DNA of 64,000 bases, from assembly GCA_964016885.1 (NCBI GenBank), contig OZ024756.1, forward strand, positions 21,204,001 to 21,268,000, read 5' to 3'. This document shows positions 26,831-41,662 of the stretch, in pieces. Both the position numbers and the translations under genes were made by a program. The notes under the pieces are model-generated. The model worked only from the letters and a program-made list of their open reading frames with translations, had not been told where the DNA came from and did not search any database. Origin of the DNA: Eledone cirrhosa (Eukaryota). Each line of letters starts with the position of its first letter. Position 1 is the stretch's first letter.

Positions 26831-27867
26831 ATCATCTTTGCTTGGTTGTAGAATGTTCTGGTAATTTAGATTTTTGGCATCTTTTAATAAGGTGGACGAT
26901 ATCAAGTTTGATAGGTTTACTTAAAGATATATTTGGTAAAGGTGGTGGTGGTAGTGTTGGTGGCTTGGGTGGTGGGGATGGTGGTGGTAGTGGTGGTGAT
27001 GGTGGTAGTAGTGTTGGTGGCTTGGGTGGTGGTGATGGTTGCGGTGGTAGTGGTGGTAGTGGTAGTGTTGGTGGCTTGGGTGGTGGTAGTGGCGGTAGGG
27101 TAGGTTGATGTGCCGTGGACACATTGGAAGTGGTGGGTTCGGGGGGGGTGATGGTGGTGGTGGTCGTGGTGGTGGTGGTGGTTGTTGTTGTTGTGGTGTT
27201 GATAGTGGTGGTGGTGGTAGTGGTGGTGGTGGTGTTGATGGTGGTGGTGGTAATGGTGGTGGTAGTAGTATTGGTAATGGTGGTGGTGGTGGTTGTAGTG
27301 GTGGTAGTGGTGGTAGTAGTGTTGATGGTGGTGGTGATGGTGGTAGTGGTGGTGGTTGTAGTGGTGGTAGTAGTGTTGATGGTGGTGGTGATGGTGGTAG
27401 TAGTGTTGATGGTGGTGGTGATGGTGATAGTTGTGTTGTGTGGCTTATTTGATGGTGATGGTGCTGGTAGTGGTGGCAGTGATGATGGTGGTGGTGTTTG
27501 TAGTACTGGAGGAGGTGGTGGTGGTGGTAGTGTTGGGAGTGATAGTGTTGTTGGTAGTGATGGTAGTGGCGGTGGTGGTGATTGTGATGTTAATGTAGTT
27601 GGTGGTAGTGATGATGGTGATGGAGATGGTGGTAGTGGTGGTGGTGGTGGTGGTGATGGTGATACGTAATGGAGGAAGAGGTTTTTTTTACACTCCATTT
27701 AACATATTAGTTACTTACCAGTTTTAGTAGATATAATGGTGTTGTTGATGTTGTTGTTGGTGGTGGTTGCGTTGGTGGTGGTTATATTTGTTATTGTTGT
27801 TGGTGATGAGGTAGTTGTCATGTTGGTACTGGTGATGGTGGCACTGTAGGTGATGGTGCTGCTAGTA

Positions 27868-28995
27868 GTAATGGCATTGGTGGTTGTGGTGGGGACGGGC
27901 GCCGGGGTAGGGGCTATTATAGTAATGGTGTTAGTGGTTGGGGTGGTGACGGGGCGGAGCTGTTATAGTAATGGTGGTGGTGGTTGTGGTGGGGACGGGC
28001 GGCGGGGTAGGGGCTATTATAGTAATGGCGTTAGTGGTTACGGTGGTGACGGGGCGGAGCTGTTATAGTAATGGTGGTGGTGGTTGTGGTGGGGACGGGC
28101 GGCGGGGTAGGGGCTATTATAGTAATGGTGTTAGTGGTTGGGGTGGTGACGGGGCGGAGCTGTTATAGTAATGGTGGTGGTGGTTGTGGTGGGGACGGGC
28201 GGCGGGGTAGGGGCTATTATAGTAATGGTGTTAGTGGTTGGGGTGGTGACGTGGCGGAGCTGTTATAGTAATGGTGGTGGTGGTTGTGGTGGGGACGGGC
28301 GGCGGGGTAGGGGCTATTATAGTAATGGTGTTAGTGGTTGGGGTGGTGACGGGGCGGAGCTGTTATAGTAATGGTGGTGGTGGTTGTGGTGGGGACGGGC
28401 GGTGGGGTAGGGGCTATTATAGTAATGTTGTTAGTGGTTGGGGTGGTGACGTGGCGGAGCTGTTATAGTAATGGTGGTGGTGGTTGTGGTAGGGACGGGC
28501 GGCGGGGTAGGGGCTATTATAGTAATGGTGTTAGTGGTTGGGATGGTGACGTGGCGGAGCTGTTATAGTAATGGTGGTGGTGGTTGTGGTAGGGACGGGC
28601 GGCGGGGTAGGGGCTATTATAGTAATGTTGTTAGTGGTTAGGGTGGTGACGGGGCGGAGCTGTTATAGTAATGGTGGTGGTGGTTGTGGTGGGGACGGGC
28701 GCCGGGGTAGTGGCTATTATAGTAATGGTGTTAGGGGTTAGGGTGGTGACGGGGCGGAGTTGTTATAGTAATGGTGGTGGTGGTGGTTGTGTTGGGGACG
28801 GGCGGCGGGGTAGGGGCTATTATAGTAATGGTGTTAGTGGTTAGGGTGGTGACGGGGCGGAGCTGTTATAGTAATGGTGGTGGTGGTTGTGGTGGGGACG
28901 GGCGGCGGGGTAGGGGCTATTATAGTAATGGTGTTAGGGGTTAGGGTGGTGACGTGGCGGAGCTGTTATAGTAATGGTGGTGGTGGTTGTGGTGG
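27868..28995. repeat. G-rich 100-bp minisatellite (~11 copies, each two ~50-bp subunits)
   Basis: ORF-track entries recur every 100 bp (27971, 28071 ... 28371). Confidence 0.95.
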
Positions 28996-29129
28996 GGGAG
29001 GGGCGTGTGAAATATGGTAATGTTGTTGTTGGTAATGGCAGAGGCAGTGGTAGAAGGTAGAGGTTATGGTAGTAATGATGGTTTTTGTGGAAACAGTAGG
29101 GCGGCGGCGTGTCGGGGGGGGGGGGGGGG

Positions 29130-29349
29130 CATTATTAGCAATAGTAGCAGCTATAATAATAGTAGTAGTATTAGTAGTAGTAGTAGCAGTACTAGCAGCA
29201 GTAGTAGTAGCAATAGTAACAGTAGCAGCAGTGGTATTAGCAATAGTAGCAGTAATAATAGTAGTAGTTGTAGTAGTAGTAATAATAGTAGCTGTAATAG
29301 TAACAGTAGTAGTAGTAGTGATAATATCAGTAGTAGTAGTAGTACTAGC

Positions 29350-29383
<34 letters not shown>

Positions 29384-29898
29384 CTAGCAGTAATAGTAGC
29401 AGTAGTAGTAGTATTAGTAGTAGTAGCAGTAATAGTAACAGTAGTAGTAGTAGTAACAGTAGTAGTAGTAGCAGTAATAGTAACAGTAGTAGTAGTAGTA
29501 GTAGTAGTAATAGTATCAGTAGTAGTAGTAGTAGTAGCAGTAATAGTAGCAGTAGTAGTAGTAGTAGTAGTAGTAGCAGTAATAGTAGCAGTAGTAGTAG
29601 TAGTAGTAGCAGTAATAGTAGCAGTAGTAGTAGTAGTAGTAGCAGTAATAGTAGCAGTAGTAGTAGTAGTAGTAATAGTAGCAGTAGTAGTAGTAGTAGT
29701 AGCAGTAGTAGTAACAGTAGTAGTAGTAGCAGTAGTAGTAACAGTAGTAGTAGTAGCAGTAATAGTAACAGTAGTAGCAGTAGTAGTAGTAACAGTAGCA
29801 GTAGTAGTAGTAGTAGTAACAGTAGTAGTAGCAGTAGTAGTAACAGTAGTAGTAGTAGTAGTAACAGTAGTAGTAGCAGTAGTAGTAGTAGTAGTAAC

Positions 29899-29945
<47 letters not shown>

Positions 29946-30615
29946 CAGTAATAGTACCACCCCCACCAATAGTCGTGGTAGTAGTGTATGTAATTAATAG
30001 CGCAATAAAGTAAAGTAAGAATATTTGCACGGACGTTGCTTACAAGTCTGTAACATCGAATAACAACAACAACATCACCAGCACCACCACCACCACCAAC
30101 ACCGACACCACCACCAACACCACCACCAACACCACCGCCAACACCACCACCACCACCACCACCAACACCACCGCCAACACCCCCACCACCACCAACACCA
30201 CCACCAACACCACCAACACCAACACCACCACCACCACCAACACCACCACCAACACCACCACCACCAACACCACCACCACCACCACCAACAACAACACCAC
30301 CACCATAACCAGCACCACCACCAACACCAACACCACCACCACCACCAACACCACCACCAACACCACCGCCAACACCACCACCACCACCAACACCACCACC
30401 AACACCACCACCAACACCACCGCCACCACCACCAACACCACCACCAACACCACCACCACCACCAACACCACCACCAACACCACCACCAACACCACCGCCA
30501 CCACCACCACCACCACCACCAACACCACCACCAACACCACCAACACCACCGCCACCACCACCACCACCACCACCACCACCAACACCACCAACACCACCAC
30601 CACCACCAACACCAA
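29130..30615. repeat. (TAG/CAG)n followed by (CAC/CAA)n microsatellites
   Basis: Direct reading. Confidence 0.95.
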
Positions 30616-30882
30616 TGTAACATTGAATATGGTTGAAAGCGAAAGTAAAAATAAAGAAACAGAGATATTTGTTATGATTTGCCACTGACCCGAATTCTTT
30701 AATGTTTCATTTCTGTAATATTTTTGGTGACAGATTGGTAATTTCCTGTCTTGCATGAGAGACAGATGGTGGGCGGAGAGAGGGTGGCAGGAGAGGGGCA
30801 GAAAGGGAGTGAGTGAGAGGATGAGGTGGAGGGAAAGAGGGTGATATAGAATATGAGAATGGTAGATAAATAGAATTACAAA

Positions 30883-30927
<45 letters not shown>

Positions 30928-31018
30928 ACATGAATGGACCTTTTATTTTTCTCTAAAAACCTTTTTTTTTTCAATTTCACCCCGCCCATCCCTTCAATCT
31001 ATTTAATTTCTCATTCTT

Positions 31019-31054
31019 TCTTTTGATGAAGGACTAGCGCCCGAAACGTAAAGG
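31019..31054 (+). ncRNA. Degenerate minimal hammerhead (8534 family)
   Basis: UCUU UUGAUGA A GGAC-UAGC-GCCC GAA ACGU A^ AAGG. Confidence 0.5.
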
Positions 31055-31179
31055 CCCTCTTCCTCCTGCTATTTCAAGCGTTTACCTAGTATATTCATTT
31101 CTAATACTGTACCGATTGTGTTGTTATTTCTGTTTACCATTTATATACACACACACACATATATATATATATATATGTA

Positions 31180-31236
<57 letters not shown>

Positions 31237-31267
31237 AGTGTAATTTTCTACACAAAACGAAGGTTAT

Positions 31268-31663
<396 letters not shown>

Positions 31664-31737
31664 AACAGAAAGACACAAACATACATACATTCACACACAC
31701 ACATGATAATGATATTATAATGATATTATTAATATTC

Positions 31738-33075
31738 AAGGCGGTGGATTGGTCGTATCGATAGAGTTACGGCCCTTTCTGGTCTGAGTTCAAATCCCGC
31801 CGAGGTTAACTTTGCCATTTTGTTTTAAAGCTGGCTGCAATATCGCTCGGTATGCAAATTAGGTTAATCGCCCGATGTATATTAATGGCAGTGTGTTGGC
31901 AGTGTCGTTAGAGTATCGGACAACGTTTTTCGGCATACACTTACGGCCCTTTACATTCTGAGTTCAAATCACACCGAGGTTAGTTTTGCCTTTCATCCTT
32001 ACGAGGTCAATAAAATAAAGAAAATCGATTTATTCGGTTTTCCTTTTCCCTCCAAATTGCTGACCTTGTGCCTAAAACAGAAAGCATTTGTTGATGTAAT
32101 CTATCATTTTACAAATAAACAGGCAAATGTTCAGTCTTAGGTAACTTTAGCAAAAAGTGTCAGTATGTTTTTTATTACTTAGTCAGGATGAAGGACAGTG
32201 CTTATTATTATTTATAGGGCTTTAAGGGTGGTTGATTGGCAGTATCGGTAGAGGGTCGGACGCCATGCTTAGCACCATAGAGTTATGGCGCTTTATGATC
32301 TGAGTTCAAATCCCGCCGAGCTTAACTTTGGCCTTTCATCCTTAGGGTGTCGATAAAATAAAGTACCCGTCACGCACTGGTGTCGATTTAATCGACTTTC
32401 CCCTCCTCCAAAATTGCTGGCCTTGTGCCTATATAAGAAACCATTATTTATAGGGCTTTAGATTTGCAAAATCGGTAGAGCGTCGGACACCCTGCTTCGT
32501 AGCAGGGAATTACGGCTCTTTGCGCTCTGAGTTCAAATCCCACCGAGGTTAGCTTTGCCTTTCATCCTTACGGAGTCGATAAAATAAAGGACCAGTGAAT
32601 ACTGGGGTCGATTTAATCGACTTTTCCCTCCCCTTCAAATTGCTGGCCTTGTGCCACAAGTATAAACAATTATTTATAGGGTTTTCGAGACTATTAGGAG
32701 GAAGGGACGAAAATATTCTCAAATCGAAGACCTGTTCCAAATCTTTGCATCAAAGGGAAGTTTGCTAACGGCTATAATGGTCTAGGTGGTGGCGGTGTTA
32801 AACCGTTCGACTGATTAATCGATAACCCAAGTATCGCACACGGTGCATTTGAATTAGGAACTGTAAAAAATACCGCTAGGTAATAAATATCACTCGGTAC
32901 TCTAACGATGTTGCTAGTCCATCCATCGCCTTGGTGTGGTATTTTATTTTTACGAAACTAAAAAAATGAATTACAATGTTACCCTCGGCGAGATTTGAAT
33001 TCAGAATGCAAGGAACCGCAATAATTATCACAATCTATTTCCTCTGACGCTCTAACGCTTCTGCTAATTCTTCCT
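31738..33075. mobile_element. Cluster of ~5 SINE family A copies and fragments
   Basis: Consensus matches at 31738, 31895, 32225, 32455 (+) and 32980 (-). Confidence 0.8.
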
Positions 33076-33715
33076 CTAACGTTTATTCCTTTTGTGTTTT
33101 GTTTTTTGATTATGTATTCGCTGCCAAGTATGTGGCGCGATCTCGCTAAATTAGTACTGAGTACACGGTAATGGATAGTTAAACCAAACACGTTAATCAG
33201 GGTGAAATTACCCTCTCCCCAAACAAAAAAATGTCAGCTTAAGTGACCAAAAACACTCCTACGGCAGTCATCGTCTTATCGCTTACCGCAGGGTGGGCCT
33301 TAACTTGACGCCTGATAACGCTTAAAAAAAAAAAAGAAAAATCGTATTGTCTTCTATTTTTCTATTAATTTGTCTGAAGTGATAAAAATAAAAAGAATTT
33401 AAAAAAAGCGAAAAACAAATAAACACAATCTCCGCCTTCAAAATTTCTCGGCGCAACTTTATAATAAATTTATGAGCTGTTGTTGCTGATACGAATCCAT
33501 GGACATGATGTCTTTATCTAACAGATATATTTAGAAGACACAAAGAAGAAAGAACTTAACACACTCACACATACAAAGCAATATGCTCGTCCACACACCT
33601 TCACAAGCCTCCAAAGAGATAACTTGGTTAGTGTTAAGATCATTTATTTCACCTCTACCAGTGACCTAAAAAAGTACAAAAGGACTCTGAGGTTGATACA
33701 TTGTATGAGTACACA

Positions 33716-33770
<55 letters not shown>

Positions 33771-33901
33771 AGGAGTTGACGGACCCACCATATTTAACAA
33801 AGCCAGGACCGGTTGTATTTCAGCGTACTCAATAGATAATGTAGAACACATTCCAGAGTTTACACATAGTTATTCGCGTCAATACAACACACACACACAC
33901 A

Positions 33902-33959
<58 letters not shown>

Positions 33960-33997
33960 TGTGTGTGTGTACTCAGAGATTGTTTCAATATATATAA

Positions 33998-34336
<339 letters not shown>

Positions 34337-34768
34337 TGCATGCTACTGTACGTCTGTATACATATATGTATGTACGTATACATACATACTTACATTTAAG
34401 TAAGTGCCATACTAAGAGTGAGAAATGAAATTTCGTTTTCATTTTTTTCAACTTATCGTTTTCGGTATGCCTGACCAATTTAACTCACTCAATATGCAAA
34501 TTAGGCTGCTCAGCCGTTAATTTTCATAAGGAAAGTATATACTTTCGAACGTTCAACTATCTGGCAGATGGGTAAACGGTGCTGATGATAGCTAACAAGC
34601 TTGAAACTAGTACATCGTTCCTGTGTCAGTGTTGAACAAAAAGGTGACGTGGTTGCCTTAACACCGTATGGCTTAAATTCAGGCTGTTCTGTTTGTTTAC
34701 AAACGAACAAAGCGGCGTTATAATAAGCGTCCGCTAAACTGATGCGTGCATATATGTATGTGTACCTG

Positions 34769-34822
<54 letters not shown>

Positions 34823-34859
34823 TGCTACTGTACGTCTGTATACATATATGTATGTACGT

Positions 34860-34903
<44 letters not shown>

Positions 34904-35204
34904 AGATCAAAAGATGGTTAAAAGAGTTTTGGACACGCTGCAGGGTGAAAAACAAAACCTGACAAATGCCGGAGGAACTCATGAGAGTCAGCGGCCACCC
35001 AATAGTGTGTATATATGTATGTATGTTTTGTGTTGGTGTGTAAATATATATGTATGTTAATTTAAGATTGTGTATTAGCTTTCAGTGGTTGGCACTGGAT
35101 GATCTTTTGTGGCGTCCCAGTCTGTCCCAGTGGTTGTTCACCATGCCGCAGTGTAAACTGATGACGTGCAATATATGCTCATTGAAGATGAGCACCTAAC
35201 CTCT

Positions 35205-35495
35205 CTCCGCGGGATTTAAACTCCGAACGTAAAGAGCTGTAACTCTATGCTGCAAAGCATGGTGTCTAACGCTCTACTGATACTGCCAATTCACCGCCGT
35301 AATTTAAATAATTGTTTCTACGTTAGGCACAAGGCCAGTAATTACCCAGTGCATTACTGGTACTTTATTTTATCGACCCCGTAAGGATGAAAGGCAAAGT
35401 AAACCTCGGCGGGATTTGAACTCAGACCGTAAAGGGACGTAACTATGCCGGAAAGCATGGCGTCCGACTCTCTACCGATACTGCCAATCCACAAT
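35205..35495 (-). mobile_element. SINE family A head plus a full copy
   Basis: Consensus match. Confidence 0.8.
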
Positions 35496-35607
35496 TTAAA
35501 TAAAGCATATGAAACAATTTATTTTAATGTATTTTTGTTTGCTGTTGAAGTTCTGTATACAATTTTGGGAGACATCCAAGCCCAGCAGTATCATTTATGT
35601 TCTAGTA

Positions 35608-36840
35608 CAGGGGCGTGCAACAGGCGGCCCGCCAGACCAGTCAGAATGGCTTGCAATGAACCTTTTTTAATTTTTACCCTGTAGGCTTATTTAGAATCTT
35701 TTTTTGAACCGTAATATGATTTTCTGTTAGTTGACCTATACTAAAGGGCTTCACTGATAGGGTTATGTATGTTATAATTTCCCAGTTGACCTATACTAAA
35801 GGGCTTCACTGATAGGGTTATGTATGTTATAATTTCTCAGTTGACCTATACTAAAGGCCTTCACTGATAGGGTTATGTATGTTATAATTTCCCAGTTCAC
35901 CTATACTAAAGGCCTTCACTGATAGGGTTATGTATGTTATAATTTCCCAGTTCACCTATACTAAAGGCCTTCACTGATAGGGTTATGTATGTTATAATTT
36001 CCCAGTTGACCTATACTAAAGGCCTTCACTGATAGGGTTATGTATGTTATAATTTCCCAGTTGACCTATACTAAAGGGCTTCACTGATAGGGTTATGTGT
36101 GTTATAATTTCCCCGTTGACCTATACTAAAGGCCTTCACTGATAGGGTTATGTATGTTATAATTTCTCAGTTGACCTATACTAAAGGCCTTCACTGATAG
36201 GGTTATGTGTGTTATAATTTCCCAGTTGACCTATACTAAAGGGCTTCACTGATAGGGTTATGTGTGTTATAATTTCCCAGTTGACCTATACTAAAGGCCT
36301 TCACTGATAGGGTTATGTGTGTTATAATTTCCCAGTTGACCTATACTAAAGGGCTTCACTGATAGGGTTATGTGTGTTATAATTTCCCAGTTGACCTATA
36401 CTAAAGGGCTTCACTGATAGGGTTATGTGTGTTATAATTTCCCAGTTGACCTATACTAAAGGGCTTCACTGATAGGGTTATGTGTGTTATAATTTCCCCG
36501 TTGACCTATACTAAAGGCCTTCACTGATAGGGTTATGTGTGTTATAACTTCCCAGTTGACCTATACTAAAGGGCTTCACTGATAGGGTTATGTGTGTTAT
36601 AACTTCCCAGTTGACCTATACTAAAGGCCTTCACTGATAGGGTTATGTGTGTTATAATTTCCCAGTTGACCTATACTAAAGGCCTTCACTTATGTATGTT
36701 ATAATTTCACAGTTAATTTCCATGTTACGGAAAGCAGTTGTGGCGAATCTTTGGAATAGTGCTTAATAAATATTAATGGCCCTAATAGTTGTTCCAATGT
36801 TAAAAAATGGCCCGCCAATGGAATATGTTGCACAACCGTG
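35608..36840. mobile_element. Non-autonomous hAT-like element carrying a minisatellite
   Basis: TIR-like ends caggggcgtgcaac / gttgcacaaccgtg, subterminal ggcccgc motifs, degenerate 8-bp TSD ttctagta/ctctacta. Confidence 0.65.
35730..36713. repeat. 55-bp tandem array, ~18 copies
   Basis: Unit gttgacctatactaaagggcttcactgatagggttatgtatgttataatttccca; no unique spacers. Confidence 0.95.
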
Positions 36841-37702
36841 CTCTACTACATAATCATCACAACATGCTTCTTTATACGAACATTTTCTCTCAACACATGC
36901 CAGAGACATGTAAACATATCATAAAAGGTATTTGGTATTTATTTAGTTATTTTTATACATTTTTTGGGGTACTTGATAGGTTTTTCTTAGATTTTTAATA
37001 TATTTTAGTGCATGCATTGAATATTTTGAAGGCCGTTCAGCAACAACAACAAAAGACAAAAAACAAACAACCTAAGTCATGTGAGCAATACTAATGATGT
37101 TGACGATGATGATGATGACAGTGTTGGTGATAACGGTGTTGATAATAACAATTGCAATAATTACCATGAAAAACCTGTTGATAATCAGCTCAAATTCATG
37201 GTTGGTATGTTTATATATATATATAATGTATATATATATATACCCACCCCCGCCCCCCACACACACATATATATGCGCGTGTGTGTGTATGTGTATGTGT
37301 GTGTGTTTTACATCGTCAATTGATGAATCATATATCCAATACCCATACTTGTTGATAACTGACTACCTACAAATATATTATCTGCATAATATCTATCTAG
37401 CTATTTTTATCTCTCTCTATCTCTATTAATATCTTTCTTTATATATATATATATATAGATATATATATATATATAGAGAGAGAGAGACAGATAGATAGAT
37501 ACATATATATATAATATAACTATACATACAGGCATTTTTGCATCCCTGTGTTTGTTTTATTTTATCTATCTATCTATCTATCTATCTATCTTATTTTTAT
37601 ATTTTGTTATTGCCTCCTCCTTATTGAGGACGCCTTGTTTTGTAAACTCCCCCCTTTGTACTTGTCCCACTTTTGATGCCCTGGTGGCAAATAAAAGAAA
37701 CA

Positions 37703-37782
<80 letters not shown>

Positions 37783-37858
37783 ACGATTTTCTTGTATGTA
37801 AACTTCCCCCTTTGTATATGTCCCCTTCTTTTGTGCCCCAGTGGCAAATAAAGAAACA

Positions 37859-37921
<63 letters not shown>

Positions 37922-38070
37922 ACACATAGAGAGTGATGTAGTGAGAGATAATGTAATAACATAAGAACTAAAACGGAAATATGAACAACAATATGGAAAC
38001 CACATCAATACATGTGTGTATATTCACCAGCTTATTGTCTTATTTATCTAGTTGTATCATAAGTAAACAC

Positions 38071-38115
<45 letters not shown>

Positions 38116-38119
38116 TATA

Positions 38120-38159
<40 letters not shown>

Positions 38160-38163
38160 TATA

Positions 38164-38209
<46 letters not shown>

Positions 38210-38213
38210 TATA

Positions 38214-38248
<35 letters not shown>

Positions 38249-38283
38249 GCATATATATATATATGCATATATATATATATATA

Positions 38284-38329
<46 letters not shown>

Positions 38330-38367
38330 TATATATATATATATATGCATATATATATATATATATA

Positions 38368-38459
<92 letters not shown>

Positions 38460-38581
38460 AGCATATATATATATATATATGCATATATATATATATATAT
38501 ACATATACAAATATGCATATATATATATATATATATATATATGCATATATATATATATACATATACAAATACATACATATA

Positions 38582-38636
<55 letters not shown>

Positions 38637-38638
38637 GC

Positions 38639-38670
<32 letters not shown>

Positions 38671-38672
38671 GC

Positions 38673-38704
<32 letters not shown>

Positions 38705-38706
38705 GC

Positions 38707-38740
<34 letters not shown>

Positions 38741-38742
38741 GC

Positions 38743-38819
<77 letters not shown>

Positions 38820-38832
38820 TATATATATACAT

Positions 38833-38864
<32 letters not shown>

Positions 38865-39090
38865 GCATATATATATATATACATATACATACATATATAT
38901 ATATATATATGCATATATATATATACATACATATATATATATACATATATATGCATATATATATATATGCATATATATAAACATATATATATACATATAT
39001 ATGCATATATATATATATATACACATATATATATATATATATATAAACATATATATATACATATATATGCATATATATATATATATATAT

Positions 39091-39131
<41 letters not shown>

Positions 39132-39148
39132 CATACATATATATATAC

Positions 39149-39179
<31 letters not shown>

Positions 39180-39192
39180 CATATACATACAT
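38071..39192. repeat. ~1.1-kb (TA)n tract punctuated by GC/GT/AC
   Basis: Direct reading. Confidence 0.95.
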
Positions 39193-39337
39193 ATTATGTA
39201 TGTGTAAATAGGTGGCTTTGTGGGATTTTGTGTATCAGAATGTATTTATTTATTCAACTCAAACAATTACAATTACTGTGCCTTGTCTCCGTAAAAAACA
39301 ACATATTGTACCCCCCCCTGTACATCCTGTCGATATA

Positions 39338-39384
<47 letters not shown>

Positions 39385-39982
39385 ATAATAATAATAATAA
39401 TTGGTATGACATGTAAATATAAAGGGTTCGGGTCACAGTGGCAATGAATGTATGAAATGAATGTGGGATACACTGTTTTGTCAGGTATGTATGTATCATA
39501 TGTATAGTTTGAACAAACAGGCTGATAGTGAGGGGGGGTGTAATACCCCCCCCCCCACACACACACATACATGGTGGCTGCCAACACGTTTTCGAGTACG
39601 GCCACTATTTTATATCCATGTAGTAGAACTCATACCCATGCGCTGAACGAGTGTGACTTTTTAGTCCAACCAGCGACTTGAAAACTCTGGTACAAACACT
39701 ACACTTGTGACAATTACTGACACATAGTGCTGGGCCCATGGTACCATGTGATGACAAGTGCAGAGAGATCTCCAGATATAAAGCAATGCCTGTGCCGTGA
39801 AGCTTTTATAGTGAGCAAAGGCACTGCACAAAGCCAGTCCCACTCTCTTCACCAAGATGATATTTACCAAAAAGAAGGACAAGTCAACATCATTGGATAC
39901 CATCAGGGTTGTAGGTGTTATATCAGAGTTTTCCTTCTCCTAGAATTCTGCCTTGACAAAGGCTAAGGGGTCATCTCTCCCG

Positions 39983-40090
<108 letters not shown>

Positions 40091-40104
40091 CATACAAACA
40101 TATA

Positions 40105-40150
<46 letters not shown>

Positions 40151-40177
40151 CCAACATACACCTACCTACATAGAACG

Positions 40178-40208
<31 letters not shown>

Positions 40209-40222
40209 ATATATATATATAT

Positions 40223-40494
<272 letters not shown>

Positions 40495-40932
40495 GAGACA
40501 GAGGTGGAGTAAAACTGATAACAAATAGAGAGGAAGTGGATGAGAGAGAGAGAGAGAGAAATATCTGAATTCGTAATAGGAGAAAAATGCGCTCAATAAC
40601 AAAGTTGGGTATAATATTTATTTACCATATTACTAAGATTACTCAGTCTACTGCTGGACACCGAATAAAGGGGCGAAAGGAGACCCTATTCACTTTTCTC
40701 TTCCCCGAGGGTACACTATCCGATTTCCAACTATTATTTATAGTGATCGACTATTAGTTGGAGTTTTATCATATTTATCATATTTATCATATTTCTCTTC
40801 ATTTTATAACATTGAAATCTTAGTTAATTACTATTATTTACACTAATTATTGTATTTCTCTTCATAATGCTAAGCTGATTTCCGCAGTCTTTTAAAGTGA
40901 TTTCGGCCAAATATATATATATATATATATAT

Positions 40933-41072
40933 ATGAAAATAAAAGTTACGGGCGAAAGAGGGCAACATCCATCGTCAGTTGTCTGCTAGGAATCAGGTAG
41001 AAATATCTATGATTCCTAGCAGACAACTGACGATGGATATTGCACTCTTTCGCCCGTAACTTTTATTTTCAT
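40933..41072. mobile_element. Fold-back element with CUGACGA in each arm
   Basis: 40933-40995 is the reverse complement of 41010-41072; between (TA)n tracts. Confidence 0.75.
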
Positions 41073-41100
41073 TGTACTTAATTGCAACGACACAGCTCGC

Positions 41101-41154
<54 letters not shown>

Positions 41155-41233
41155 ATATATAATATATATATATATCCAGGGGGTGTAACGCGGAGTTACT
41201 GTAGGTTCACCCGGCTGTCATTACTACTACTGA

Positions 41234-41323
41234 GGTCCGATGAAATTTTGATTCGATTCCAGAGTTTCGCCAGATCGATACAGATCGAACGTTGAGCTGA
41301 CCAATAACGAAACGCGCGTCACC
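41234..41323 (+). ncRNA. Hammerhead-like motif, CCGAUGA core, long stem II region
   Basis: GGU CCGAUGA [65 nt] GAA ACGCGCGU C^ ACC. Confidence 0.45.
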
Positions 41324-41461
41324 AACGAATAAACGTAATGAAGGAGTAACCACTTGTCCTTGTATTATATATATATATAATAGAAAATTTTCAAAATGTT
41401 TTAAATTAAACATACGGTATATTGCCAAATATACTATACATTCATATATATATATATATAT

Positions 41462-41506
<45 letters not shown>

Positions 41507-41624
41507 GTGAGGTTTTTTTTACAAAATGAAAAATAACCGAGGTGTCCTACACGAGTGGAAGTAGATGAAATCGAAAATGCAACTGAAGTCTTATTTTTTT
41601 TAAAAATATATATATTTATTGGTT

Positions 41625-41662
41625 CCTTTACCGGTTTCGCAGTTCTTCTGCTTTTCAAAAGG
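41625..41662 (-). ncRNA. Intact minimal hammerhead, U3:A8 variant
   Basis: CCUU UUGAAAA GCAG-AAGAA-CUGC GAA ACCGGU A^ AAGG. Confidence 0.75.

Noticed and set aside
28730-28950. Interstitial telomere
   Set aside because: Only isolated TTAGGG variants within minisatellite units, with no array
35730-36713. CRISPR-like regular array (also 51627-52190 and 16258-16970)
   Set aside because: Units are contiguous with no unique spacers, there are no cas genes, and the context is eukaryotic
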